Origin: Tubiluchus corallicola
Taxonomy: Eukaryota; Animalia; Priapulida
Reading direction: 5' to 3'
Length of the DNA stretch: 64,000 nucleotides
Assembly (NCBI GenBank): GCA_030141605.1
Contig: JAQGDQ010000369.1
Location: forward strand, 124,001-188,000
Below are positions 34,301-45,100 of the stretch, piece after piece (positions within the stretch are counted from its first letter, which is position 1; every line of letters starts with the position of its first letter). The notes beneath the pieces were generated by a model. The model had not been told where the DNA came from and ran no database searches. It was given only the letters and a program-made list of their open reading frames with translations. Position numbers and translations under genes: made by a program.

Positions 34301-37300
34301 TTATAATGCTTTTTGTTTCATATTTTATCTTTGTAGTCACTACCAGATATCTCTTAAGTCGACTTTGTAATGCTTTTTGTTTCATATTTTATCTTTGTAG
34401 TCACTATCAGATATCTCTTAAGTCGACTTTGTAATGGTTTTTGTTTCATATTTTATCTTTGCAGTCACTATCAGACATTTCTTAAGTTGACTTTGTAATG
34501 CTTTTTGTTTCATATTTTATCAGTTCTCGTATTTTAGGTTGCTCGTATTGAAAAACAAAAGGCAGGTCTTCACTATAAACAAGCTTTGTTTACTCAATCG
34601 GGTCTGATGTTTGTTGCCCCAAATGCGGTTCCTGCTGCTGAGCGGTTGATTCAACTTATCACTCTCTGTGGTGGAAACGTAAGTATATTGTTTTATAAAA
34701 ATGTCTTTGTTAGATAGGCTTGAAAATTGAAATAATAAATTCAAATGTTTCCTTGTATTGATTTTAATAGTGCTTACTTTAAGCAGCAGCAATCCTGCAA
34801 ATATATTTTTAACTATGCGGCCAAGATGTGTGCTTGGTAATGGCATAGTTAGGAAGCATTGAATTTAGCTAGCAAACAGATGGGTGACTACCTGGAATGG
34901 TTTACGAGGATATCTTGTGCATCCAAATTCAGCTAAGGCACTTCTGGTGGTCCACTGTTTCGTGTTAGGAAATTATTCTTGGGGACAATCCAGATTCTAG
35001 ACCGGACAGCAGATATTTAACACTAAGAGTAATACTTAAAGGAAAACGGCATGATTTTTCATATACTACCCCATTTTCGAGTACGGTAACACAATTAAAC
35101 TGCGAAAGCATTTCTAATTAAATAATAGATTAAAATCTCGATTAACAGCGAGCGAACCCAACTATTGATGACATCACAAATGAACATAAGTTTCAACAGC
35201 AAAAATATTCCACGAGCGTGTTGCGCGTGTTTGCGAAAGCGAAAATTGAAGTACAGTGCTACTGTAAGATATTGAGTATTGAGAGTTACAGCACCTGTAT
35301 TTAATACCCGTCTAACTAGCGAATGGCGAAATGCTAGTAACAGTGAAGAACTAGTGATGTGAACATGAAATTGTGTTTTTGTGGTAATAAGTTACTAGAG
35401 GTGAGCATTCTGTACCAGAAAATCGAATCAGATTTCTATCCTCTGAATTCGAATCAAACCGAATTTCAAGACATCGAGTCCGAATCGAATTCGAATTCAT
35501 TTAACGAGATTTTCGAATAACTTTTCACAGCATTCGTAAAAAGTGATCTCACAACAGTCATGCATGTTATTTTATTTTGCAATAAAAACACTTATAATTT
35601 GTTTAGAAATCGTGCACAGAAATCACAGCTAAACTGCGCTGATTGCATGGTGTTTCAAATGTTTTAATGATAAAGAGCTTAGAGCTTATGTAAGTGAAGT
35701 GCTGAATTATTTATAAGTTTGGGCTTGAATCGAATTCAAGCTAAAAAAACTTGCTCGAATCGAATTCAAACGTCCGTTGCTCATTGGTTGCTGCCTTGTG
35801 CATTGAATTGCATATCAAGAAGTTAGTTTGAAAGATGAGTTGTAAGAATCCGTTTTTTTACAGGTGACAACATGCATGAGGAAAGCACACATTTGCATAG
35901 GCAGTATGGAACGGAGCAAGATACCTGTAGTCGTTTCGGAACAATGGCTCTTGGGTAAGTACTTAATCAGACACGTATCAAGACATTACGACGCCCTAGG
36001 CTGATAGTTCTGTCCCGCTCATCTCTGCTGTGAATTTATTGTTGTTTATGTAATATGCTGATTAAACAATTACTTGTGGTGTATTAGAAACAGTATTAAC
36101 ATAATTTCTACTTAGTCATTATTAATTACATGTGTTTGCATACCGCTTATTCTCAAGCAGTCTGCACAACTGCTTGTTGTATAATACTTTGTTTCTGTTC
36201 GTTATGTGGCACTTATATAAAAGCTGCGCTCAGCTGCCTGTAGTGTGTTATAAAATGTGCCATTTATGTGTATATGAAATTATACACGCTTTCCGAGGAG
36301 AAAAGGATTTTTTTCTAACATGTGGTTCCCTAGGCTACAGCCTAGTCAGCCAATTGGTTAATATACCACTGTACTTAATGCTTCTTTATTTCTTGGATTT
36401 CTAATTATCAGAAGGGTTGCCAGCTTTGTGAACAGTTTTGTTCCTACAGTTATACAATGGTGCATTTCTTATACTGCACTGGTTGCTGAGAAAGTGGTTG
36501 ATTATTTACATGTTTAAAACGGATTAATGCAACATATTGTAGTTTGGTGTTTAATTCCTTCAGAACCTTAAGCATTTGCTGTATTTTGCCTGGGTTCATG
36601 AAAAACTGCTCTCACTAAGCAACGATTGTGTTATATTTGATAATTTTTGTAGGTTTCTACTCCTCATACAAAGAACTTTCATGCAAAATTATATATGAAA
36701 TGCAGTTGCTTATCATGGAGTAAAATTGGAGAAAAAAAATGGAAAAATTTTCAGCAACTACAGTGTTTGCACGCTATCAATGTACACAATCATTTGTGTG
36801 AAAACGGATAATGTAGAAAATTTAAACTATCCAGACATAACACACTGATACACTTTACCCTCAAGTCTCCTCTATTTTTAATTACAAATTTCTGTTAAAA
36901 GATTAGACTGCTTTTATTTGTCCTTGACTGATCAGTTGGTTTTTCCTGGCATAACAGCCAAACTTTGCACAGTGGACAGTTCTCTTTAGCTGTAGCAAGC
37001 AGGCCAAGTAGTCTGTACTATTACGCAAGTGTAAACCAGAGTAAGCTACTCGATAGGCTAAGTTGGAATGCCTGAAAAGGGAGTGTTCTTAATTTTATCC
37101 AATTAAATTGCTTATAAATGTTTAGACAAATAACATGATTGGATGGCCCAGATTCTCCCGAATAGAACAGTAACTTATTTAGTCATTTAGTTATGTCTGT
37201 GTTCATACAGTAGTCATAGGTGTTGGAACATCTTTCCGATTGGACAGTTATTTTATATTATTCTACTTAAAGCTAGTTAAGAAATATTCCATGTATAGTA

Positions 37301-38370
37301 GGAATGTAAACTTTTGTAGCTTAATTGTAATGAATAACTTTAAAGCCAAGTGAATCACTACTGTCATCAGTTCATTAACTACGTAATTATCTAAAATTCT
37401 AAATGCATATGGTGGTATAACAGTGTAGGCAGGAAGTAGATCCTTGGGCAAAACCTGTCTGGCGCATGAAATGGTTGCAACAGGTTCTTCCCCATGTAAT
37501 AACAATTTCTAACATGTTTTTAACTAATTTGTAGCCAAAGTTTAGACGATTTAGAGAGTACTTATATAGTACAAAACTGTTCACAGATGAAATAGAGAAA
37601 TTAGTAGTACATTTATGACTGTAACTCAATATGACGTCTGACACATTTATTATTGTATTTCAACATGTCGTCTAACATTGTACAATTGTTGTAAATAAGT
37701 AATTGCATCATGATGTTTTAATCATTCGTTCATTGCTTTTATTTATCTCAAACTAGGAAGTACAGTGAAGATCAACAAAATGCTAATAATCTGCTTTTCC
37801 TTGAACTTCCTTTAGATACAAAAACCTTCAGTCAGACAGCTTAAAAACTCTCACACTTTAAGATCAAACAAAAAAATAACCAAAACTTGCAGAAGAGCAC
37901 TGTGCTGATTCCAAGTTCACGACACTATGGGTCTTATAAGGCTTTATAAAGACTTTATAAGACACAATAAGACCTATTTTGAGTGGCGCGGTCCAGTAGG
38001 ATTTAAGTAAGAGGAATATTTAAATGTTTAGTGATTGTGATGCTCTGTGGCTCTTAAAGTAAATGCATATTGATTGCGAGTGATCATTGTTGCTTGAAGT
38101 TGCTTATATGAAGTATTTTTCTAAACTGACAATAGAACGTGTTTAGACAGCTGTCTTTGTTGCGGCATACCATTCCTCAAATTGAAGAAATGCTGAAAGG
38201 AATGCGTTGGCTAATTGCACCTAAAAATTAAAATCAATACCTCTTCCTTTATCCTTGTTCACATTTTATTAATTCGTATTTCAGATTCGATTACGGCACA
38301 CGAGACGCTTCCCTATGCCAGATACTTAGTGGCACCGTGCCGACAGCGTTCTCCGAGTCCTGAGTTCTGA
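19163..38370 (+). CDS. MCPH1: Microcephalin (MCPH1/BRIT1), 15 coding exons, about 705 aa, N-terminal BRCT plus C-terminal tandem BRCT
   Basis: Exons 19163-19283, 19766-19970, 20132-20213, 21504-21671, 22960-23065, 24060-24122, 25595-25768, 27067-27249, 28614-28889, 30021-30201, 32638-32800, 33906-33983, 34538-34678, 35864-35954 and 38285-38370 sum to 2118 nt in frame. BRCT1: [26 protein letters not shown], followed by SMQPKEF. BRCT2: [39 protein letters not shown]3: LCGG..VSEQWLLDSIT. Middle exons are less certain. Confidence 0.92.
20654..21440. mobile_element. Truncated hAT (Ac-like) MITE interrupted by a younger MITE
   Basis: Sequence on both sides of 20768-21249 is colinear with the uninterrupted element at 53107-53842. 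Confidence 0.8.
20768..21249. mobile_element. hAT (Charlie-like) MITE, copy 1
   Basis: TIR CAGGGGTGTGCAAATT / AATTTGCACACCCCTG; perfect 8-bp TSD AGCTAGAC; highly similar to 24871-25457. Confidence 0.93.
22307..22704 (-). mobile_element. 5' fragment of a mariner/Tc1-type transposon with decayed transposase N-terminal HTH (DUF4817-like)
   Basis: Terminus TA|CAGGGTGGGGCAG. Translation [62 protein letters not shown]. The expected start codon reads ACG. Confidence 0.8.
23487..23844. mobile_element. Tc1/mariner (pogo/Tigger-like) MITE, family copy 2 (internally deleted)
   Basis: TA|CAGTGTTCCCTCGC ... GTGAGGGAACACTG|TA. Confidence 0.88.
24871..25457. mobile_element. hAT (Charlie-like) MITE, copy 2, with internal 36-bp tandem expansion
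   Basis: Same TIRs as 20768-21249; perfect 8-bp TSD AGTTAAAC; 36-bp unit starts at 24905, 24941, 24977 and 25013. Confidence 0.93.
26047..26541. mobile_element. Tigger-like MITE
   Basis: TA|CAGTCATACTTCTGTTTTCG ... CGAAAACGGAAGTATGACTA|TA. Confidence 0.8.
26730..26982. repeat. About 85-bp tandem repeat, 3 copies
   Basis: GAGCACCCTGGATGCTAGTTAATCACACACCAT...CATGGTCCTGTTCGTG repeated. Confidence 0.9.
27643..27920 (+). mobile_element. L2-like LINE 3'-end remnant
   Basis: Frameshifted translation [35 protein letters not shown], typical of an L2/CR1-clade ORF2 C-terminus. Confidence 0.7.
27960..28200 (-). mobile_element. CR1-like LINE 3'-end remnant
   Basis: [39 protein letters not shown] matches the CR1 ORF2 C-terminal pattern RGH..KL..FF..WN. 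Confidence 0.75.
29097..29750. repeat. 55-57-bp minisatellite, about 12 copies
   Basis: CGCTGTGTCTTGCCCGTGTTACCATCTAATTGTTTGGTTTCGTCCGCCTGTTAC units. Confidence 0.96.
30641..31160 (+). mobile_element. Kolobok-like MITE end (second TTAA-AGG family)
   Basis: Starts TTAA|AGGAA; homologous to 35036-35390. Confidence 0.7.
31185..31671. mobile_element. Tc1/mariner-pogo MITE containing a (GT)n(GCGT)n microsatellite
   Basis: Inverted ends TGTACAAGTCGA ... TCGACTTGTACA..TATATACGG|TA. Confidence 0.6.
32030..32550 (+). mobile_element. Kolobok-like MITE family A, copy 1
   Basis: Right end CAATCGTCCAGTTTTCCT|TTAA; homologous to 33296-33847 and, inverted, to 54936-55453. Confidence 0.82.
33296..33847 (+). 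mobile_element. Kolobok-like MITE family A, copy 2
   Basis: TTAA|AGGAAAACCGGACGATTG ... CAATCATCCGGTTTTCCT|TTAA: TIRs plus TTAA TSD. Confidence 0.88.
34258..34521. repeat. 64-bp minisatellite, about 4 copies
   Basis: TAAGTCGACTTTGTAATGCTTTTTGTTTCATATTTTATC recurs at 34291, 34355, 34419 and 34483; abuts the acceptor at 34537. Confidence 0.92.
35036..35390 (+). mobile_element. Kolobok-like MITE end (second family, copy 2)
   Basis: TTAA|AGGAAAACGG; shares AACAGCAAAAATATTCCACGAGCGTG and adjacent sequence with 30641-31160. Confidence 0.7.
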
Positions 38371-38968
38371 AACCATCTCCCGGATTTTCTTTCTTTCGGA
38401 GCAGCTGTCTAGTCTAGAATTTTGGAAGGTGTCCAGGCGGGCGCTGTCTAATTTTCAACAGTCAGTTGAGTTACTGCATGACAACTTCTCTTACATTTTG
38501 TTATTATTTATACATGATGTCATGAATTGGATATCGCAACTTTGCATGCACCGCGTTGATGTACATTGTATATCTGAATATCTAGTATGGGTTAAGGAAT
38601 ATACTTAAAATTATTTTATTCTAAAAATGAATTAGTTTAACAGTAAAATGTATTTACATGTTTTATCACCAGCGAAGTTTTTTGCTCATTTTTTGTCATT
38701 TAGGCAATTTTACTGCAATTTACAACTTTTCGTTTTGCAATTCCATACGACTGCAGGTAGTGCAATTACACACTTGCATTGTTTTCTTAAATCGCCTCTA
38801 GATGACAGACAAAGAATTGCCCAGTCACCATAGCAACACCAACTTTAGCAATGCCCATTCCGGCAGTGCGATGTTAGAAGCTGCAACCTGATGTTCCAGC
38901 TAAGCTGTGGTTTGATGCTGTGGTTTGTGAATTTTACACAATTTTTTTACGAATATCATTAGCGCACA

Positions 38969-39841
38969 CATGGGTGCTGCTAGAGTTTAAAAAAAATTGA
39001 TGCACAAGCAGCTAGGGGTCTGGGAGAGCCCTGTAAGCTGGAGTTTTTGGAGGAGTCCGGGCAGAGCCCCGTCAACCAATGCATTTTCCCATATTTAAGC
39101 AGATTTTGGAGGCCTCAAATGAGATCTAAATTCTGGTACATAAACTGCCTCAAACGTGAAAAATTCTGCTTTAATAACTATATTTTACCTACATTTACCT
39201 AGGTAATATTCATTGTATTCTACTGTAGTAGTCAGATAACTTAAAAGCAAGTTCGTAATATACTACAATGCGGATGACTTATCACTTAAGTTTAATTTAT
39301 TTAGTGTCAAGATTATCTATCCAGCAAAATGTGGACAGTCAAACAATAAACTGATTTGAGACTGTTAAGTTTACAGCCCATATATTTTTCATACAAAGAT
39401 TAATATGTTTGCATGCGTGCTAATTTTTCCCATTGGACACGGCTAAATGCAATTTTACTGCATTATAGACCATTTTCTTCAGGCATGTTCATCTCAAACT
39501 CGTGATTCATAATTTCACTACTACCGTGAAAGGAGGGCCCAGGCCCCTAGGGCCCACCTGCCTTAATGCAGAAGCCCAATTACAGTTAGCTAAAAATACA
39601 GTCTAGACAACGGAAATCGATAAGAAAATTGACACTATGTAAGTGACATACATAAACATAATGCATAATATAAACATAGTTCACTATGTAAATTAGCTTA
39701 CTACTCAGGGATTGTGTAAACAAACAAGGGGGTGTGTGTTTCTTGGTTTACTGCTAAAAAACTTTATTTAGCCATAAAAAAATTTTTAAAGAAATTCTGG
39801 GGACGCACGTGCGTCAGTGCTTCCGCCTGCCGGCGCCCGTG
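38969..39841. mobile_element. hAT non-autonomous element
   Basis: Perfect 8-bp TSD AGCGCACA (38961-38968 and 39842-39849); TIRs CATGGGTGCTG / CGGCGCCCGTG. Confidence 0.85.
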
Positions 39842-42175
39842 AGCGCACAAACAGTTTATGTCCTGCATTTGCATAAATAACGTATTCCGGTTGGATATTT
39901 CATTACCTATTTGAAGATGCTGGCTGTTTTTGTTCAAGTAGGCAAATAATTTAATTACTTGACCAAAATATACTGGTACCCCATGAAAATTGCTTTATTT
40001 GCTGAACAAAACAGCATAAAGCACTTAATAAATTTACTGAAAATGTACAAAACCCAAAAACGATCTTGACAGAAAAATGTGATCATTACAAAGCTTAAGA
40101 ACCCCTCTTAATAGATCCATTGGTTGTTTTTACCTGTAAACACTCATTGTAACAAAATTAACAAATATTGTGTAAAAAGTGAAATTTCTCCATGGCTATC
40201 AAGTTAATGAGGCACAACAATGAAACTTGTAATTGCACTATTTGTAGTCACATGCATTTCTCTACTTTAATCGCATGCAGTTAAATTCCAAAAATTGTAT
40301 TTGAATATCTTGCAGCAGATATCTAGCTAGTCATGTGGCTAATGCTCAGTTTACTTCTTTGGTTTTAATCGTTGTGAATGAAATTGTCATACTTGTAATC
40401 ATCTAGACTCACTTATGATGAGATCCAATGTTCTGGGTTTTTTCTCCTTTTAAGCAAACATGTCATATTTTGCCACTGTTGTTCAATGTACAACATTAAC
40501 TTATGTTTGGCTACAGCGAGTCAGTTTTTTTAACAATTTACAAACAATTTTTGAACGTGATAGGAAACTGAATAGCCGTCAAACATTAGTTTGACTTTTT
40601 AATTAGATATAGTAGGTTATATATGATGCTGTTTATATGTAAAGTAAATTTTATCGCTTTTAACCGAGGTTTTTTAATCTGTAAATCAAAAGCTTACATA
40701 TTTTCCTGCCTGCCACTTTTATTTGAGGTCAAACTTTGATACGCTGATAATTTCTTTGTTAATTTAGCAGTTCAATGGATTCTTGTAATTCTTGTATTGA
40801 TAATGTTTCCCTAAAATTCACAGATATCCATCACTCGTCTCAGTATTGCGATACTAACTTTAATAAATTATTTATAAATTTGATAATAACACTGTTGATT
40901 TCCTAAATTTGTACTTAATTAGCACTTACCTAAAACTTTACTGCATGCAATTCTTTCTTAGGAGCAGCTCCTGTTTCCACTTGGTACCTAGTGACTTGTT
41001 GTGGTGTCAAAACAGTGTTTAGTTTTCCTACTCATTTACAAGCGGGATAGCTAACAGTTGAAACTAAAGTGTGTGGTGAATGTGACGGTTCATGTATAGG
41101 TACTGCAGCACCCCCTATTTTCACTCAGTATTATCGGTAATATTCAACATAATGGTTTTTTCTTTAGTTCTTTATTTATATTTGTACGGAACCAGACCAC
41201 GTGAGGGTAGTACTGTTTGGTTCACAGCCCAGCTTAGTGCGCTCATAGCTCAAGCAATGTGGTGTTTGGCTGTTGTGAGCAAGCGGCCATGTGAACATGT
41301 CTGAGATAAGACTAATTTTAACTGCAAGTTACCACTGGCGTAAACTGAAGTGTACAGTAACTTATCGATTTTGTGCCTTTACTATAAGCACTTCTAATGT
41401 AGGCATAAAGACAAATCAAGATTTATTTACCGTCGCTTGTTCAACAGAATATTTCACGACTTACAACAATACAGGTAAGGATGCAACACACATGCAACGA
41501 ATAACATGTAGGGTGAATACTCTGGCATTGGCAGCTGCTAGACTTGAACTCGTGACTGCGTCATTGCAGTCCGAAATTTAGACCCGCCCCAGGTGTGCTC
41601 TCTTTATTACCGTGCAAAGATGGCTTCTCCGATCCTAAAAGGTAGTAATGCACATGAGAAAGAGTTACTGCCCTGACATTTATAAATAAATGCATCTTTG
41701 CAATGCAGTTGTTTAAAGTCTATATGCTAAAGGTGTGCAAAAAAAATTTCATTTTATAAATATACCGTTACCATCAAAGGATAGAGGTTAAGCATAAATA
41801 GCTTATGGACCACTCCACTCTTCCTTATTTACTTTATTAATATAAAAAATGAACAAATTAGGTGGCCGCACTGCGATCATGAAGCGTAGCATAAGGTTTC
41901 TTGTTGCCATTGCGGCAACCTGGGGTCTAATATAAAAAAATTGTCACTTTTTCGTACCTGTACACTACAAATCTAAAAGAATAACAATAACAACAATATC
42001 TAGTGTAAAGTGCAATTATTAATAAGAATTATCAACAATTGTAAGATAAAACAAGGCAATAATAATAATAATAATACAGTAATAATGTAGTATAATAACA
42101 AATAACAGATTGCATAATGTGTTTCTTAACCTCTCACTGGTACCAAATGTAATGAAAAATGTGTTAGTAGTATGT

Positions 42176-45100
42176 CTAATCAGATTTTACACCCGACTCC
42201 TCGTTCGCGAGGCATTTCTTTTTCGCAAATTCGCGCAGAATAATTATCACGATTGTTTCTGCTGCGATTACAACAAAAACTGGTGCAAAGGTGCCAAAAA
42301 AGGTCGGCGTGAAACGCGATTCATAGATATGCCTTCTGTGCAAGATATCCGTAAACACGGCTTCCAAATTAGCAAAGGAATTCATCATGACAAAGACATG
42401 GAACAACTGGTGACTGTTGAGCAAGAAGTCGCAGGAACCCGGGAACACTTTCTCCGGCAGATGGGAACCATGCATGAATGCTGATCCGAGGAACCAAAGC
42501 TTCTGGCACGTGTGAAGAGATATGCTTTTATCACAGCCATAATTAAATATATAACAATTATACATCCTATGTATGATTGGTGATGCAATCCAACTATAAA
42601 TTGACCCAACAGAAATAAATTGCCATACTTTTCTTGGTGGTGTGGCTGTCTGAAAGTGTACCTTTGATCCGCAGCAACCAATGCAGCAGAACAAGCCTAG
42701 AGCGATGGTGACCGGGGTGTAGACCCTCTTCATGCTGTCGTAGAAATCATCCTCGCTGTTGTAATAGAAATGCATGAGTCCGACGCCGACACCGTACACT
42801 CCGATGCCCGCATAGTCGATCATCCAACAAGTGTAGTGGATGATTTCGTTCTTGGAATGGAGTGAGTGAGCGACAACGCTACAGGCGAACAGCGTGAGAT
42901 TAGTGAAACATGCTGCCAGTAAAGGCCATGAATAAGGATTGTAAACGAAGTCTAAGGCTTGATGGTAGACAGCAACTTTGTATAGAAGGACCACAACGGC
43001 AAGCACGTGAGTCCATATGTTCATGCTCTCATTGTGATACTGAAACAGAAAGAAACTGATGTTACTCAGTGAAAGTTGAGCACATGTTTCTTACAGATAT
43101 TTTACTAATATAATGTCCTTGCCTTTCTCCACTTTCATATTAACGGGTCAAATTTTCCAACACTAATATTTATGTGTATTGGAACTAGGATGGTTCCATA
43201 TTTTCCTCAAGGTTGACTTTCTAAAGGAGTTTACTAAACGGACTGCTGACAGACGGTTCCTAGAATGATGTTTTTAGAGACATCTCATCTCTCGCCTATA
43301 CATTTAATATAGGGAATTCTCAGGTTCACTCTTTTGCAGATTATGTTGTAGGTGGACTCAACCCTGCACTGATATTAATCAATATCTGTCAGAATCAGCA
43401 CTGCTCATCACATATGATCAGAATTATCCTCGTTCAAAATATCAGAATAACTCCTGTCCAGAATAAGCCCTGCTCAATCACCCCTGCTCAGAATCAGCCT
43501 TGTTCAGAATCAGCCTTGCTCAGGATCAGCCTGCTCTGAATCACCCCTGCTCAGAATCAACCTTGTTCAGAATCAGCCTTGCTCAGGATCAGCCTGCTCT
43601 GAATCACCCCTGCTCAATCACCTCTGCTCAGAATCTGCCTTGCCCAGAATCAACCATGCTCAGAATAGCCTCTGCTCAGTCAGCTTTGCTCAGAATCACC
43701 CCTGCTCAGAATCAACCTTGCTCAGAATCAGCGTTGCAGAGGATCAGCCTGCTCAGAATCAGCCTTGCTCAGGATCAGCCTGCTCTGAATCAACCCTGCT
43801 CAGAATCACCCCTGCTCAGAATCAGCCTTGCTCAGAATCAACCTTGTTCTGAATCAACATTGCTCTGAATCAACCCTGCTCAGAATCAACCTTGCTCAGA
43901 ATCAACCCTGCTCAGAATCACCCCTGCTCAGAATCAACCCTGCTCAGAATCAGCCTTGCTCAGAATCAACCTTGCTCTGAATCAACCGTGCTCAGAATCA
44001 ACCTTGCTCAGAATCAACCTTGCTCAGAATCAACCTTGCTCCGAATATACCTTGCTCAGAATATACCCTGATCAGAATATATCCTGCTCAGAATCACCCC
44101 TGCTCAGAATCAACCTTGCTCAGAATATACCCTGCTCAGAATCACCCCTGCTCAGAATCAACCTTGCTCTGAATATACCCTGCTCAGAATCAACCTTGCT
44201 CTGAATATACCCTGCTCAGAATATACCTTGCTCTGAAATAATCTGACAGGTCAAATATCGTTAAAAACTGTCATTAAAAAATCGTTGTCGACACTTTACC
44301 AATTGGCACAAACATTTTAAATTATTATTTCTAGTTACATAACTCTTTCCAGCAGGTAAATGAAATGCTAAGTAATATAGATTTGCAGGGAAAGTTTTTT
44401 GGGTCGTGATTTAACATTATCTTTTTCTTTCTCTGATTACGTGGCGTAATGACGTCATGTAATGGCGCCGTCGGAACAGTATTGCGGGAGATTTAAAATG
44501 AAAACGAACGAAAATTCCTTTCAACGCGAATACGATATGTGCACAAAATTGCTGTAAAGTAGTAAAAATTTTTAAGGCAATTTTTGTGAAACCTACTTCA
44601 AGCGCCCCTTTTCTTGCCCTTTAATTACCATGAATATATGTAACAATATTTTTCACTGTTCTAAATTATCTGCCATACCGCCTGCAGTGCTATGCTCTTC
44701 TCTACCTCAACAACAGAAAAGCTTGACTTTCTGGTGAAACAAACAATTTAACATTTAAACATTTTGTGCAAATTTTTCTACAAACGTCCAGGGAAATCAA
44801 GCGAGACGTGTACAGTTTGTTTTAAGAATGGAGAAACCATTGCTCGTAGCTCATACACTAACGTGACAATTAAATGTATGACAAATTGATGCACTTGTAC
44901 AATAGCTTACGACAAGTCAGTCATGTCAGATCAATAAACTTCTTAGTGCGGGGAAAGACAGCTCGGATCGTTTTTGTTGAGCTGCTGATGTATGGACACA
45001 ACAAACGCCATTTTCAATGTCCAGCATTACGCGCTTTTTCAAGCGGATTTCCGTTTTTATCGCTTGCAATGCAACTTAAGCAAGATGCAACGTTTATTGA

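Noticed and set aside
30202-38284. Nested antisense angiopoietin gene, as in vertebrate MCPH1
   Set aside because: These introns are 2.5 kb or shorter and largely filled by MITEs; no fibrinogen-like or coiled-coil exons were recognised on the minus strand.
42110-42681. ORFs overlapping the PAQR exon (42110-42484 + and 42385-42681 -)
   Set aside because: Shadow frames of a real coding exon, with no independent motifs.
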